Below are positions 9,995-20,868 of a stretch of 64,000 nucleotides of DNA, piece after piece. Below the pieces are notes generated by a model, which was not told where the DNA came from, ran no database searches, and saw only the letters and a program-made list of their open reading frames with translations. The position numbers and the translations under genes are program-made. The first letter of the stretch is position 1, and each line of letters starts with the position of its first letter. The stretch spans positions 157,293 to 221,292 of IMG/VR virus record IMGVR_UViG_3300040801_004034. One strand, written 5' to 3'.

Positions 9995-10869
9995 ACTGCA
10001 ACCTCCGCCTTGATTGTACCCTGATGATTGTAATCGACGAGCTTCGAGTCTGAAAACTCCCAATCAAATACACTTGTAAAATTATCTGTCTGAAGCGTAG
10101 GCAACGCAAGCGGGCTACGTGACAGCTGTTCTCTTGCTTGTTCCACATGGTTCTCATACAGGTGTAAATCAGCTAGTGAACCACTTAGAACACCTGGTTT
10201 GAGACCTGCTTCTTTTGCTAGCAAATCTAGTAGCAAAGCATACGATGCAAGATTGAATGGTACCCCAAGGAATGTATCACAACTGCGCTGCGTCCAAACA
10301 AGGTCGAGATATTCACCACGCTTCATAACTTGCCAAGAAAAATGACACCATGCAAGTGCTGTATGATCTAGACCGAGAGGATTCCAAGCAGTACAGACCA
10401 TTCGACGACATTCAGGATTGTTATGAAGTCGATAAACAATACTTTTTAATTGGTCAACACTTTGATGACCTTCATTACCGTAATGTCTTGCAGATGGATC
10501 ATGAAAATCTCTCCAACTAGCTCCATAAATACATGGACCGAGATCGTCTTCGGCTTTCATTTTAGCTTTAGTTTCATCATCGTTACCATATAGTACTTTA
10601 TCTGGGTTACACCATTCATCCCAAATCTTACATCCACGATCTTGAAACCATTTCTTAGATGTAACACCTTTAATGAACCCCTCGAGCTCAACCGCCATTG
10701 TTTTAAATGCAAGACGTTTTGTTGTAAGTGCCGGAAATCCTAAACTCATATCATGTTGAATCATACGAGGTGGGATTTTATAAGTAGCTACACCGGTACG
10801 GTTTTGCTGAATGACATCTGTATCAAGAAGGTCTTGAAGAATTTGTAGGTATTGTGTTTCTGCGTTCAT
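9991..10869 (-). CDS. thyA: thymidylate synthase (ThyA)
   Basis: NRTG, FPALTTK, IWDEW, CRRMVCTAWNP, ALAWCH, QRSCDTFLGVPFN, DLHLYENH, C-terminal EVAV. Confidence 0.95.
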   Translation of the reverse strand: MNAETQYLQILQDLLDTDVIQQNRTGVATYKIPPRMIQHDMSLGFPALTTKRLAFKTMAVELEGFIKGVTSKKWFQDRGCKIWDEWCNPDKVLYGNDDETKAKMKAEDDLGPCIYGASWRDFHDPSARHYGNEGHQSVDQLKSIVYRLHNNPECRRMVCTAWNPLGLDHTALAWCHFSWQVMKRGEYLDLVWTQRSCDTFLGVPFNLASYALLLDLLAKEAGLKPGVLSGSLADLHLYENHVEQAREQLSRSPLALPTLQTDNFTSVFDWEFSDSKLVDYNHQGTIKAEVAV

Positions 10870-10870
10870 A

Positions 10871-11338
10871 TTAATCTTTAAAGTGTTCACGTACGGTATT
10901 TTCCATAATCTGCTTTAGCTGACTATCGATATTGAACCGTTTGCTGTTGATATCCAAACTGGTGCGGATATTACCGTTTTTATTTCGTTGCGTAGCTGCT
11001 TTCCAGTCTGCAAGCATCTCGAGCAAATCGAGGAGTGTCATGTCATTAACACCATTCTCCCAGTGTTCAGGGTGGTGCCGGTTCTTTGCATAGTGGTTGT
11101 CAATAGCAGGTTGTACCTGCTTGAGAAGCTCATCATACTCAGGAGAACCATATTCTGTCTTAGCTAGTTCAGGAGTCTTTTCAGCAAAGATTGCTAGCTC
11201 CGGATCAACAAACTTACTATCATCATGCTTTTGACCACGATCAATCAGATCATGTACAAACAAATTCAGATTCATTTGTACTTGACGGACATGTTTATGC
11301 GTCTCGTTCAGACAGTTTAATGTTTTATTATTGCTCAT
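10871..11338 (-). CDS. DUF5662-like HD-type phosphohydrolase
   Basis: HDDSKF...HYAKNRHHPEHW...EMLADW. Confidence 0.65.
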   Translation of the reverse strand: MSNNKTLNCLNETHKHVRQVQMNLNLFVHDLIDRGQKHDDSKFVDPELAIFAEKTPELAKTEYGSPEYDELLKQVQPAIDNHYAKNRHHPEHWENGVNDMTLLDLLEMLADWKAATQRNKNGNIRTSLDINSKRFNIDSQLKQIMENTVREHFKD

Positions 11339-11819
11339 ATTGTTTCATTCCTTCCGGTTTTGTATCCGACGACGGATAGCAGCTTCAATTCCGTCTTGTT
11401 CATCTGTTAACATTGCTTTAGCGTTATGTAAGATACTTTCAATATCATTTTCATCAAACCATTCTCTATCAACATCTAACCAACCAAGAATGTATTCTGC
11501 AATTTCAAATTTAGTAAATTTCATTTTGTCTTACGATACATATCTGGATGATCCTTTTTATATTGTTCGAATTCCTCCTTTGTCATGTTCCATGGATCTG
11601 TTGGATCAGGAGCAAGATGATCAAGAATTTCTTCCGGGGAGTCACCGATCATGTAATACGGAATTGTACGATCACAAAGATTGTCTTCCTTACCTCCTTC
11701 GTCTTCTTGTTTGAGTCGAGCTCGAGCATGACGGCGAAGCATCTTTTTATCGTTCATGTCATCCCGCTCAATAAGAGATCCGCGCTTGAATTTATCCATA
11801 CTGTATTATAGAAGTGTTC

Positions 11820-12935
11820 CTACAGATCTTCACGCCCAATGTCAACCATAACCGGAAAACGTGGAATACCATCTGGTGTAAGGTTCTGATATCGAATTGT
11901 AGCAAGCTTACCAATGTATTTGTCTTTGTTAACAAGCAGCTCGGTAAACAATTCATCATTACCACGACCACTAGCTCCAAATTCTTTACCATCTTTTGTT
12001 TGACAAATCAACCGACCCATCATACCTGCACGTCGCCCATTACCTGGTGTGATATCAAGCACTAAAAATTCATCATCATCGAATGCTTTATACTTCTGCA
12101 AATGTTTTGTACGTGTGAAAATATACGGCTCGCTCGGATTCTTCAACATGATACCTTCATACCCATCCTCGATATAACTTGCATGAGCTTCTTCAATTGT
12201 TTCAATTGTCGGCTCGTACATAATATTCTCAACAATCTTAATCATTGAATCAATACCTGCAACTTCCATATGAAGAAACTCTTGACGTTCAATTGTGGTC
12301 ATATCAGGTCGATCTGAATCAAACATATCGAATACATGAAACTGTAACTTGCTTGCTGCTTCAGCTAAGTCAGCTGATGTAGGTTTCTTTTTACGTGTTA
12401 AACTGATTATTTTGTTGAAATCAGTATTGTATTCATGATTATAAATTTCACCATCAAGACGTACTGTTGGAAACTTCTCAAAGAAGCTTCCGAGCGCATC
12501 AAACAAATGACCAAGTGTGAAGTATGGTTTATTATTACGACTTACTGCTTCATTTTTGTCAATGATACACCGTAACCCGTCCAGCTTTGGGGAGATAAAT
12601 ACATGCTTCTCAAGATGCTTAGGTTGATATTTCTGTGCTAGGGTAGGACTAAAGTTTGTCTGTGTATCATCTGGCACATCATCAACATTTTCAACATACC
12701 CTTTATTTACATGGTCATCCCACTGCTTTTGTGCGCGTTCCATCGCAACTGTTTGAGGAGTCTTTTCGTTTGCTTTACCAAAGTTATTTCCTTTAGCATA
12801 GGTCGGTGTACTCGTTGTCGTTTTTCCACCTACCTGACCATACTCGGTCCAGAAATGATCATCTTCCCAGAACATTGTCCAGTGCTGAATACTTCCGTTT
12901 TTATTGCGTTTAAATAGCGTTGGTAAATTTTGCAT
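11820..12935 (-). CDS. ATP-dependent DNA ligase (start revised)
   Basis: motif I SPKLDGLRC, LDGEIY, FHVFD, EGIMLK, QKYK, OB domain with PRFP; promoter at 12946-12961. Confidence 0.92.
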   Translation of the reverse strand: MQNLPTLFKRNKNGSIQHWTMFWEDDHFWTEYGQVGGKTTTSTPTYAKGNNFGKANEKTPQTVAMERAQKQWDDHVNKGYVENVDDVPDDTQTNFSPTLAQKYQPKHLEKHVFISPKLDGLRCIIDKNEAVSRNNKPYFTLGHLFDALGSFFEKFPTVRLDGEIYNHEYNTDFNKIISLTRKKKPTSADLAEAASKLQFHVFDMFDSDRPDMTTIERQEFLHMEVAGIDSMIKIVENIMYEPTIETIEEAHASYIEDGYEGIMLKNPSEPYIFTRTKHLQKYKAFDDDEFLVLDITPGNGRRAGMMGRLICQTKDGKEFGASGRGNDELFTELLVNKDKYIGKLATIRYQNLTPDGIPRFPVMVDIGREDL

Positions 12936-12951
12936 AATGATATATATTGTA

Positions 12952-13896
12952 TTACAGTTCCTTTGGTGCATGGACTTTTTCTAATCCATGACCTTTTGTC
13001 TTTTTAATTTTGTCTTTGTTTTTGTTCATCCAGTCTTGAACATACCAAAGTTGACCGCATCCACCGCCAATATCATCTTGACCGGCTGGATTGAAAACAC
13101 GGACGTTGTAACCTGCTTGTAACATCTTGGATGAAAAATCTTGTGCTAACTTCCGTTGCCGTTCATTTGCTGTGGCAATATTTTCATCGCGTTCACAAAT
13201 AACTGATATTGTTGACTGCCAGATTGACGGATCGAAATGTTTGACTAATCGATCAACATCTTCCTGTGAATCATTTTTATCATGAACACAATAATTAAAG
13301 AATGGTTTTCTACCACAAGCTTTATACCATTCAACACCGGTTTCAGAAATCTGTTTTAGCGTCATTGTAGGGCTTGGAATTAACTTCTTTCTAGCTTCAT
13401 CTGTCGATTCATGAACTGAAAACTGTAACCCGATGGTTTGGATCCATTTAGAGATTTTATTCAACTCCTCGAAAGCTTTTATTCCGCCGATTGGAGCTGA
13501 TGTTGAAATCAGAAGTGAAGCTGTAGGATACATTGCATAAAGCGTACCGAGTGCTTTTGATAACTCATTAAAATTCAACATTGGTTCACCCATTGACATA
13601 AACATGATTTGCAGCTTATCGATATCATTCGGATTACAATCGATCTCATTTTCCAACAAGTGTATTGATTGTGATGCAATCTCTTCACCTGTGAACGATC
13701 TTACGAAGTAGTCACCGGCGCCACAAAACCGACACCCTACCGGACAACCAGATTGTGTAGAACAACAGATAACTGTTCGATCTTTGTATGTCGGATACTT
13801 ATACAATACCGATTCTGCAACACCATTGTCCTGAGTGTAAACATACTTGTTTACATTTTCATCACTAGATGTTATTTTTTTAATATTATCCCACAT
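12952..13896 (-). CDS. RlmN/Cfr-family radical SAM RNA methyltransferase
   Basis: CCSTQSGCPVGCRFC, MSMGEPMLN, GQDDIGGGCGQL: cluster CxxxCxxC plus both catalytic Cys of class A RS methyltransferases. Confidence 0.88.
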   Translation of the reverse strand: MWDNIKKITSSDENVNKYVYTQDNGVAESVLYKYPTYKDRTVICCSTQSGCPVGCRFCGAGDYFVRSFTGEEIASQSIHLLENEIDCNPNDIDKLQIMFMSMGEPMLNFNELSKALGTLYAMYPTASLLISTSAPIGGIKAFEELNKISKWIQTIGLQFSVHESTDEARKKLIPSPTMTLKQISETGVEWYKACGRKPFFNYCVHDKNDSQEDVDRLVKHFDPSIWQSTISVICERDENIATANERQRKLAQDFSSKMLQAGYNVRVFNPAGQDDIGGGCGQLWYVQDWMNKNKDKIKKTKGHGLEKVHAPKEL

Positions 13897-13908
13897 ACCG
13901 GTATTATA

Positions 13909-14493
13909 TTACAGTTCCAAAATCTTTTTCGATGTCGGTACCCAATCAGGATCAGTTTTCAACTTCATTGAGACTTTACGAAACAAATCAGCTGTTGAAC
14001 CTTGCATTGTTGTTGGTACCGTATCTTGAACGGTCGAAAGACCAAAACTCTCAATCACACTAATGTAAGGTTTCTGTTCACCTTTCCAGTTCGTTGTAAC
14101 ACCAGCAACTCGTACTGCTGGAAATTCACGGCCTATCCAATCATTACGAATATGTGGCTGAACAACAATTGCTGTTCGCATGTATAGTGAGCTGCCGCAT
14201 CGACCAGGGTAGGATATAATTTGTCCTCGTTCAATCGGTTTACTGTATAAATCTGTAATATTATTAATAATTGCTTTTTTTGTTAAAAATTCTACTGCTT
14301 CTTCCATTGTTAGAACCTTTGCATTTTTACCTTTTGGTCTTTGCATTGATTCAATTTTTTCTTGTTCGTTATTATAAAGACATCCTGAGCAAGTCCAACC
14401 CCCGAACATGCCGGGAGGGCATGAACCTCTTCCCTTCGAACATTTTTCAATGTTACCCTCCCGGCAGATACCACCTTGGTGTAAATAAACCAT
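13909..14493 (-). CDS. hypothetical protein
   Basis: 194-aa ORF in a co-directional run. Confidence 0.55.
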   Translation of the reverse strand: MVYLHQGGICREGNIEKCSKGRGSCPPGMFGGWTCSGCLYNNEQEKIESMQRPKGKNAKVLTMEEAVEFLTKKAIINNITDLYSKPIERGQIISYPGRCGSSLYMRTAIVVQPHIRNDWIGREFPAVRVAGVTTNWKGEQKPYISVIESFGLSTVQDTVPTTMQGSTADLFRKVSMKLKTDPDWVPTSKKILEL

Positions 14494-14799
14494 TTACATA
14501 AACCAAGTTATAACCCAACCAAAAAGCAATGCAAAAGCAGGCTTTAATACAGCAACCACAATACTAAAAATTATCTTTTCTTCTGACGTACGAGTATCTT
14601 CCGGTTCGTTACCGGAATAACCTTTAGTTAGATAATTTATAATTATCGCAATTCCGACTGCTACCGGGATTGTTAATGATGCAATACCAAATGTAGAAAC
14701 GATAAACCATTCCCATAAGATGGTTAATGCGTATCCGCTCCAGATTATACCGAGCGGTGTAATTAGTAATGCAATTACTGCTAGTGCTATTGTTTTCAT
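14494..14799 (-). CDS. small membrane protein
   Basis: three hydrophobic segments. Confidence 0.65.
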   Translation of the reverse strand: MKTIALAVIALLITPLGIIWSGYALTILWEWFIVSTFGIASLTIPVAVGIAIIINYLTKGYSGNEPEDTRTSEEKIIFSIVVAVLKPAFALLFGWVITWFM

Positions 14800-14808
14800 A
14801 TTTTTGTT

Positions 14809-15540
14809 TTATTGCTTTGTAGTGGGCATTAACCACATGTTATTGTTTGAGAAAACTTGCTCCTTGATCATGCTGTAGTATTCAAGCCGTGACAAGGTCA
14901 ACATAGTATCAGCCTTGAAACACTTGAACAATTCCTCACGGATACGCTCTTGTGAAACGTTCTTTAGACCACTTACGAACTCCATGTAGATCATGCAGCG
15001 ATGAATATCCTGATGTAGGTTGAATCCCTTGGTGATTGAAAACCTGAAGTAGCGTAACATACGAAGGTAATCTTCCTTGATTCGATCTTCAGCATTTCCA
15101 ACTGCACGGATAAGCTTCATATTAAGGTCATCCACCCCATGAAAAGGATCGATAATAGTACCATCAGCAAGATCAATAGCAATTGCATTTACAGTTGCGT
15201 CACGACGAGCAAGGTCATCTTCGATACAATCAGCAATGTGGGTTACATCAGGCCGACGACCATCACTGTATTCACCATCCTTACGAGCAAGAGCAACATC
15301 AACTGCACCGAGTCCAGGAATGTTGCATCGTAGAGTCAAAAACCCTTCAGTTGCAAGAAAGACCTCACCACCGATATCTTCAACAGCCTTCACCATGTCA
15401 GCAAAGGTAGGAGCTACCATACACAAATCCAAGTCCTTAGGCTTGCTATTTGCGTCGATCAACTTATCACGTACCCACCCACCAACGATGTACGTTGGGA
15501 AGGGTAGCTTAATGTTAGGAATGTCTAATACTGCTTGCAT
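14809..15540 (-). CDS. class II tRNA nucleotidyltransferase (CCA-adding / poly(A) polymerase family), compact
   Basis: YIVGGWVRD..DLD, DGRRPD, DLARRDATVNAIA, DPFHG, EDYLRMLRYFRF. Confidence 0.9.
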   Translation of the reverse strand: MQAVLDIPNIKLPFPTYIVGGWVRDKLIDANSKPKDLDLCMVAPTFADMVKAVEDIGGEVFLATEGFLTLRCNIPGLGAVDVALARKDGEYSDGRRPDVTHIADCIEDDLARRDATVNAIAIDLADGTIIDPFHGVDDLNMKLIRAVGNAEDRIKEDYLRMLRYFRFSITKGFNLHQDIHRCMIYMEFVSGLKNVSQERIREELFKCFKADTMLTLSRLEYYSMIKEQVFSNNNMWLMPTTKQ

Positions 15541-15937
15541 ATGGTAATTATATGATTGTTCCTATCCGAAATACGGTTCGCTTTTTTTACTGAAAGGGTG
15601 CATTGCATCCCAATGTTTTTTATATGCTTCAGGATCTTTTTTCTTCATACGTTCTACTTCTTCAGCATATCGCTTCAACGGACGATTTGCAATCTCATTG
15701 AATTCATCCTGTGTAATGTTATTGAGATTGATTTCAATATTTCGTAACTCAGGGCATCCAGTCTGCTCACCGCCAAACCGACGCTGTTCAGCACCTTCAG
15801 GGCTGAGATCGATCCCGTATTTGCAGTCACATGTTGAAGGTTCTTTTTCGAACATCATACCGTCATAACTACATTTCGTGCGGCGAAGCAGATGGATGTA
15901 TTTTCTGAGTGTTTCTATGTCTGTTGTAAACATAATA

Positions 15938-16621
15938 TTATAGCGGATTCTGAGTATCCTTACCGTGATGATCTGGAGCACTTCCATTTTGCTTATCCAT
16001 GAACTTTCTCAGATCAGCAAAGTTGATCGGGTAATCATTCTCTTCAACGCTAACTTCGTAGCACTTCATCTTGGAATTCTTGTAAAGACGTCCGAGTTCA
16101 GACTTAACGAGAGTTCCATGAACATGACTGTAAAGCATGTAAGACCCTCCGCCTTGACCATTCCAACTCAACACTGGGTAATGACTCAAGCACACAGCTT
16201 GACCATTGACAAATGCTTCGAAGTAGTTTGGAGTAAACACAACTTGCTTACCCCCGAGATCGAGAACATTTTCATCAACACCGCTAAAGCTTTGATGCCA
16301 ACCCGCATAGTGATTACCAGCAGGTAGGTAAAGAGTCTTGAAGCTCAATCGGTTCAGCAATTCTTCGAATGCTTCCTTCCCACCTGCGCCGAACATAGTA
16401 TCACCAAGTAGGAAACCAACAGTATTCTCATTAGCTACTTCGTTCCAACGTTGGATCAAAGTCTCTCTATGATCAAGAACGGAATCAAATCCGCGCATCT
16501 TCCATAGCGGTACCTTCCACTTTGGATCATGATTAGCATGCAAGCATCCCCAGAACAGAACTTCCTTAGGATCTGCCTTAACCTTAACTGGCTTGTAAAA
16601 TAAATCTTTTAAATTCGACAT
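15938..16621 (-). CDS. calcineurin-like metallophosphoesterase (start revised)
   Basis: CLHANH, LLGD, AGNH, LSHYP, YSHVHG; promoter at 16628-16643. Confidence 0.8.
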   Translation of the reverse strand: MSNLKDLFYKPVKVKADPKEVLFWGCLHANHDPKWKVPLWKMRGFDSVLDHRETLIQRWNEVANENTVGFLLGDTMFGAGGKEAFEELLNRLSFKTLYLPAGNHYAGWHQSFSGVDENVLDLGGKQVVFTPNYFEAFVNGQAVCLSHYPVLSWNGQGGGSYMLYSHVHGTLVKSELGRLYKNSKMKCYEVSVEENDYPINFADLRKFMDKQNGSAPDHHGKDTQNPL

Positions 16622-16628
16622 ATGCGTA

Positions 16629-17069
16629 TTATAAATGTGTTCCTGTTGCAAGTTGAACATAAAATGGTACAAGAGCAATAAGCGTTACTGCGTGAATAAG
16701 CTGATCGATTCCAATTGTATTCCAAAATGCTTTATATTGATCACGTTGCCAGAATCGAGCTGTAAGTCTACTTGTACACCAATCTGTTGCAAAATGTGTT
16801 ACAAAAATATAAAAATATATTAACATATGAAACGAAAATGATCCCCAAAATCCCATATTAGGCAGCTCTGTTACAAAGCAAAGCGGCATCAAGATAAAAA
16901 GAAAAATCATCATGAATACAGTCCCTGTATAAATCGTAACGTGATCTAACATAACCCTGTTATCTGAGATTTTTTGTGTACCTATTTTTCTACTCTGAAG
17001 TAGAAAATCTCCGATATAATGCCCACTAAGTAAGACAGCTATAAAATAAATTGTAATATATTCAATCAT
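16629..17069 (-). CDS. DUF3307-like membrane protein
   Basis: HYIGDFLLQ...H...HFATD...GIDQLIH pattern. Confidence 0.7.
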   Translation of the reverse strand: MIEYITIYFIAVLLSGHYIGDFLLQSRKIGTQKISDNRVMLDHVTIYTGTVFMMIFLFILMPLCFVTELPNMGFWGSFSFHMLIYFYIFVTHFATDWCTSRLTARFWQRDQYKAFWNTIGIDQLIHAVTLIALVPFYVQLATGTHL

Positions 17070-17197
17070 AATCTTCTCCAATTCCAACTGTTCGATGTGC
17101 ATATCTCTCACCGCAAGAATATTCAGCGAGCTCTGAACTGCATAGAGATAATGTTCCGTCCTTCACTCTCTGAAAAAACAGATCGATCTCTAATTCC

Positions 17198-18034
17198 TCA
17201 ATCATGGTCTTCGAGATCGATGTAAATTTTGTCGTTGAACCATGACCAATCTTGTTTAAAGACTGGCGTCTCGTTATCAATGTACCATTTTGTTCTGACA
17301 GGTACCTCACCGATTTTAATATCTGGATGCATATCAGGAAATGCTACTGTTTCAAATTTCTTATAACAAGACGAACCATGCTGTTTGGTAACTGGTAGTT
17401 CATACCAATCAGCGTCATCATCTTCATTTGACATTAACATCTCTTTAAGCTTAGCTGTATTCTTACCTTGTAACTCTTTATGTGAGTAATAAGCTCGAGC
17501 TTGCATCTGAACACTGTTTTTTGCAGCATCTTGCATTCTCCACCACAAGCAGTTTAAAACTTCATAACGTTGTGATAGTGGAAACACACGAGCATCGAAT
17601 TGAGCTTGTTTCATTACCATTGCATCAGCTACAGCAGTTTCATCTAACTGATTACCATAATCAGGTGTTATAGCACGAACCATTCGCAACTGATTAAACT
17701 TACTTGTTGCAAGACTTGCAGCAACACTTGTGATCTTTTGGATGTTTCCGCCAAACCAGATATCAGCTTCACGGCTCATCAGGTCAGTAAACACGATTGT
17801 GATATCATCTGATTGTGTATAACCAAACTGCGCACCCTGGATATTCTCACAAAGAAACTTCATCGTCTCTTGCATATCTTCGATCATACCTTCATCGAAT
17901 GGTCGATCCAACCCTTTTGTATAGGTATGAAATGCTTTACCATCGATGCGTAGCACGTAATATTGTTTTGGTGAAAGATATGTACGAGTGATATTCTCGT
18001 AACCTTTCATGCGATCTCCTAATTCATCACTCAT
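17198..18034 (-). CDS. Thg1-like 3'-5' RNA polymerase / tRNA(His) guanylyltransferase
   Basis: RMKGYE, RIDGKAFHTYT, YTQSDDIT, FDAR, WRMQDAAKNS. Confidence 0.92.
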   Translation of the reverse strand: MSDELGDRMKGYENITRTYLSPKQYYVLRIDGKAFHTYTKGLDRPFDEGMIEDMQETMKFLCENIQGAQFGYTQSDDITIVFTDLMSREADIWFGGNIQKITSVAASLATSKFNQLRMVRAITPDYGNQLDETAVADAMVMKQAQFDARVFPLSQRYEVLNCLWWRMQDAAKNSVQMQARAYYSHKELQGKNTAKLKEMLMSNEDDDADWYELPVTKQHGSSCYKKFETVAFPDMHPDIKIGEVPVRTKWYIDNETPVFKQDWSWFNDKIYIDLEDHD

Positions 18035-18197
18035 GTTGTTATAATATCGTTGTTCCTATTTTACCAACAAAACCATCCGCCGCATTTATTACATTTAACA
18101 CCACCACGTGGTTGTGCTTGGATATCATGATCACATTCTGTATCAGCATCCCAAAGTTCATCTAATTCTGAGACGTTTTCTTTTATTTCATCACCCA

Positions 18198-18614
18198 TTA
18201 CAGCTTAATGTTATTGAGGATCTTCTCCTTTTGCTTTGCAACTACCTCAGCAGGTACCCCATGTACGTTTTCACTCCCATGCAAGTTCTGAACAACATAG
18301 CTCACAACTACATAACCATGCTTTTCAGCAAGTTCGATATACGGCTTACGTTCTTTACCTGTTGTATTGGTGTTGTCAACAATGATACATGCAGTTCTTT
18401 TCAACATATTCAGCTCGACCTGATCTTTGCACCAAGCATGAGCTTGGCCGAGTTTACTCGGATCGAAATCATAACCATCACCCCAGAATAAATCAGCACT
18501 ACATATTTCACAATCTGGGTGCAAAGTTTCGATGAACTTGCTAAAGGTAGACTTACCGCTGCCTGACGCTCCGACAGGCAGGATAAGTACTTTGTTTTGA
18601 ATTAATGGATTCAT
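18198..18614 (-). CDS. P-loop polynucleotide-kinase-like protein (AAA_33)
   Basis: GASGSGKS, CSAD, IVDNTNT, NVHGVP. Confidence 0.8.
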   Translation of the reverse strand: MNPLIQNKVLILPVGASGSGKSTFSKFIETLHPDCEICSADLFWGDGYDFDPSKLGQAHAWCKDQVELNMLKRTACIIVDNTNTTGKERKPYIELAEKHGYVVVSYVVQNLHGSENVHGVPAEVVAKQKEKILNNIKL

Positions 18615-18637
18615 ATAGCTATTATGTTAATGTTCCT

Positions 18638-18838
18638 TTACTTGCTTACTCGCTCACGAATTTCTGCAAGAGAATGCTCGATCAAAAGCTCCATAAGGTC
18701 ATCAGAACTTTGAATCCTAGCTTCAATAACCTCTGTTGGCTCGTTATGGTAAATTGCTCCGGCAGCAACATGTACCTCACCACCACTGAATACATGGCGA
18801 TTGAAATTAATATGCTTGTTTTTTTCTAGTTTAATCAT
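18638..18838 (-). pseudogene. N-terminal fragment of ribose-phosphate pyrophosphokinase (Prs)-like protein
   Basis: FSGGEVHV...ARIQSSDDLMELL matches phage Prs-like N-termini, but the ORF ends at 66 aa against the next promoter. Confidence 0.6.
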
Positions 18839-19060
18839 AATTGTTTTGTCTATTTAAATTGTGTATCCATGTTGATATTAAACGAACGGAAAACATAGTA
18901 TAGTGATCCGATGTAAAATATCACCCAAGTACTCCATGTTGCAAAAACGAAACTATTCCAAGGTAGTTCATATATCACACCTGTAGACCACAGGGTAGCA
19001 AAAAACATCAATATGGAAATGAATTTATGTTTATGTTTTAAAAATCGTCGTATCATATGT

Positions 19061-19843
19061 TTATATTACTGTTGTTCCTTTTTTACATCTACCTTTGAAC
19101 CACCCGTTTGGTATTTCAGTTTTGGTTAAATCAACTTGTTTCATTGTTACACCATTGGTAATCCAATTTGTTCCTTTCTTCGCTTCACTCATTCTTTTTC
19201 TTGTACTAGTCTTTTTTGCAATACCTTTCTGTTTTATGCTTATTTTACGTTTAACATCATCAGGACGCTGTTTACCATAATGACCATTATTCGCGCCTTT
19301 ATTTTTACCTTTCATGCTTTGTGAGATTTTTCTACAATGATCTTTAGAAAATTTCTTGCCTTTGTTAGTACCGGTTCGACCAATATTTGTTTCACTTATT
19401 CTTTTTTTATGTCTTTCAGTCATTCCTCTCACCCAACCTTCAGGTATATTTTTCAGTTTACACCATTTTTCATTATTACCATCGTTTATTAATACTAAAC
19501 CATCACGTGCATGTTTCATACTTTCTCGCCATCGAACCCTGTAATACTCAAACATTCTTGATGATGTAATACGACCTACACCGTTAATACCAGTTTTAAA
19601 AAAAGATAAAGCGGATAGAGCTCTTAACATTTTATAATACTCAACAGAGCCTTTTATTTGCATTTTTACTAGTAGTAAATGCGCAATAAAATGTTCTCTC
19701 GGAGATAATAAAACTATATTACTATGTTTATTATCTCCACCAATACTTTTTGGTATAATATGATGTCTTTCAGCATGGCATGATGTTGATGGATCTGATT
19801 TGCGTTTTTTGACAAGTGATTTGTAAACAGTATGATAATTCAT
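19061..19843 (-). mobile_element. free-standing HNH homing endonuclease with NUMOD3-like repeats
   Basis: ERHHIIPKSIGGDN..NIVLLSPREHFIAHLLL; repeated HKKRISE/HCRKISQ/KRKIS; TATAAATA late box at 19849-19856. Confidence 0.85.
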
Positions 19844-19857
19844 ACTATTATTTATAT

Positions 19858-20868
19858 TCAGCTTTCGGTATACTGGTAATTGATCGTTTTGAAGCTTAGA
19901 TCTTTGTTAAGTCGTTCACTATAAAGATGATTGCGAAGTCTCCATACAAGCCCTTCAGCAGTTGCACCATTAGCATACTTCACTTTCTTCGCTTCTTCGA
20001 CAAGATCATCAGCTGTTTCCCATTTGAATGGACCTTCATAGTAAAGATCAACCATAGGAATACCAAGCGTAGTGCAGATTTGAACTGATTCATTCCAGTC
20101 GCAAAGAATACGACGATCAAGCTTCCAAACATTGAACACCCGGGCGTCAACACCTTTAAGCTTTTCTGGATTCTTTTGAATACCTTCACCTACAAGCTCC
20201 AACTGGAGACCAATACCCACAGGTAGCTTCTCTTTAAGGTTGTACTTGAATACAGGTTGCCAATATTTGCTGTTTCCTGATTCTTTGATTTCGAGATTAC
20301 GAGAGCAAACTTTGAAACCGTCTTCGGCATGATTAACGATAGTTACAGAACTACCATCATGCTTAACAGTTGCAACAACATCTCGCCCTTTCATCATTTC
20401 GATAATATCAGGCATATTCTCAAGACGTTCTTCATCGGTCTTTGGTACAAGATGTGTCGGAAACGACCCAGCTACGTCACCACTTTCATACGATACAGGT
20501 TTTTCGTATTTCTCAACACCGAGATATTCACCCACATCAGTATCAATCAAATCATTCGGGTCGACATCATAATAGCTTGCTGGGAGATATTTCATAAGCT
20601 CACCAAGAGGCATAATTAGTCCATTGCTGTATTCACCACGAAGCTTGATAATATTAATCCTGAACTTCTTATTTTCTAGGAAGCTGAATTCTGGTTTATC
20701 TTTCGGCGCAATAGTATCGACCGGGATATAAACGACGAGATCATCCACTTTGAAATCAACTGCGCTAATTACACGCCAGCTGAGACCATACATCTTAAAG
20801 ATGGTGAGTGAATCTGCATTTGGATGCTCAATAACATCCGAGATTTTTTGTATTGTTGCTAGTTTCAT
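19858..20868 (-). CDS. RNA ligase, DRB0094/Rnl5 family
   Basis: N-terminal KLATIQKI..HPNADSL OB module; KHDGSS, EGLVWR, SFKTIN. Confidence 0.88.
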   Translation of the reverse strand: MKLATIQKISDVIEHPNADSLTIFKMYGLSWRVISAVDFKVDDLVVYIPVDTIAPKDKPEFSFLENKKFRINIIKLRGEYSNGLIMPLGELMKYLPASYYDVDPNDLIDTDVGEYLGVEKYEKPVSYESGDVAGSFPTHLVPKTDEERLENMPDIIEMMKGRDVVATVKHDGSSVTIVNHAEDGFKVCSRNLEIKESGNSKYWQPVFKYNLKEKLPVGIGLQLELVGEGIQKNPEKLKGVDARVFNVWKLDRRILCDWNESVQICTTLGIPMVDLYYEGPFKWETADDLVEEAKKVKYANGATAEGLVWRLRNHLYSERLNKDLSFKTINYQYTES

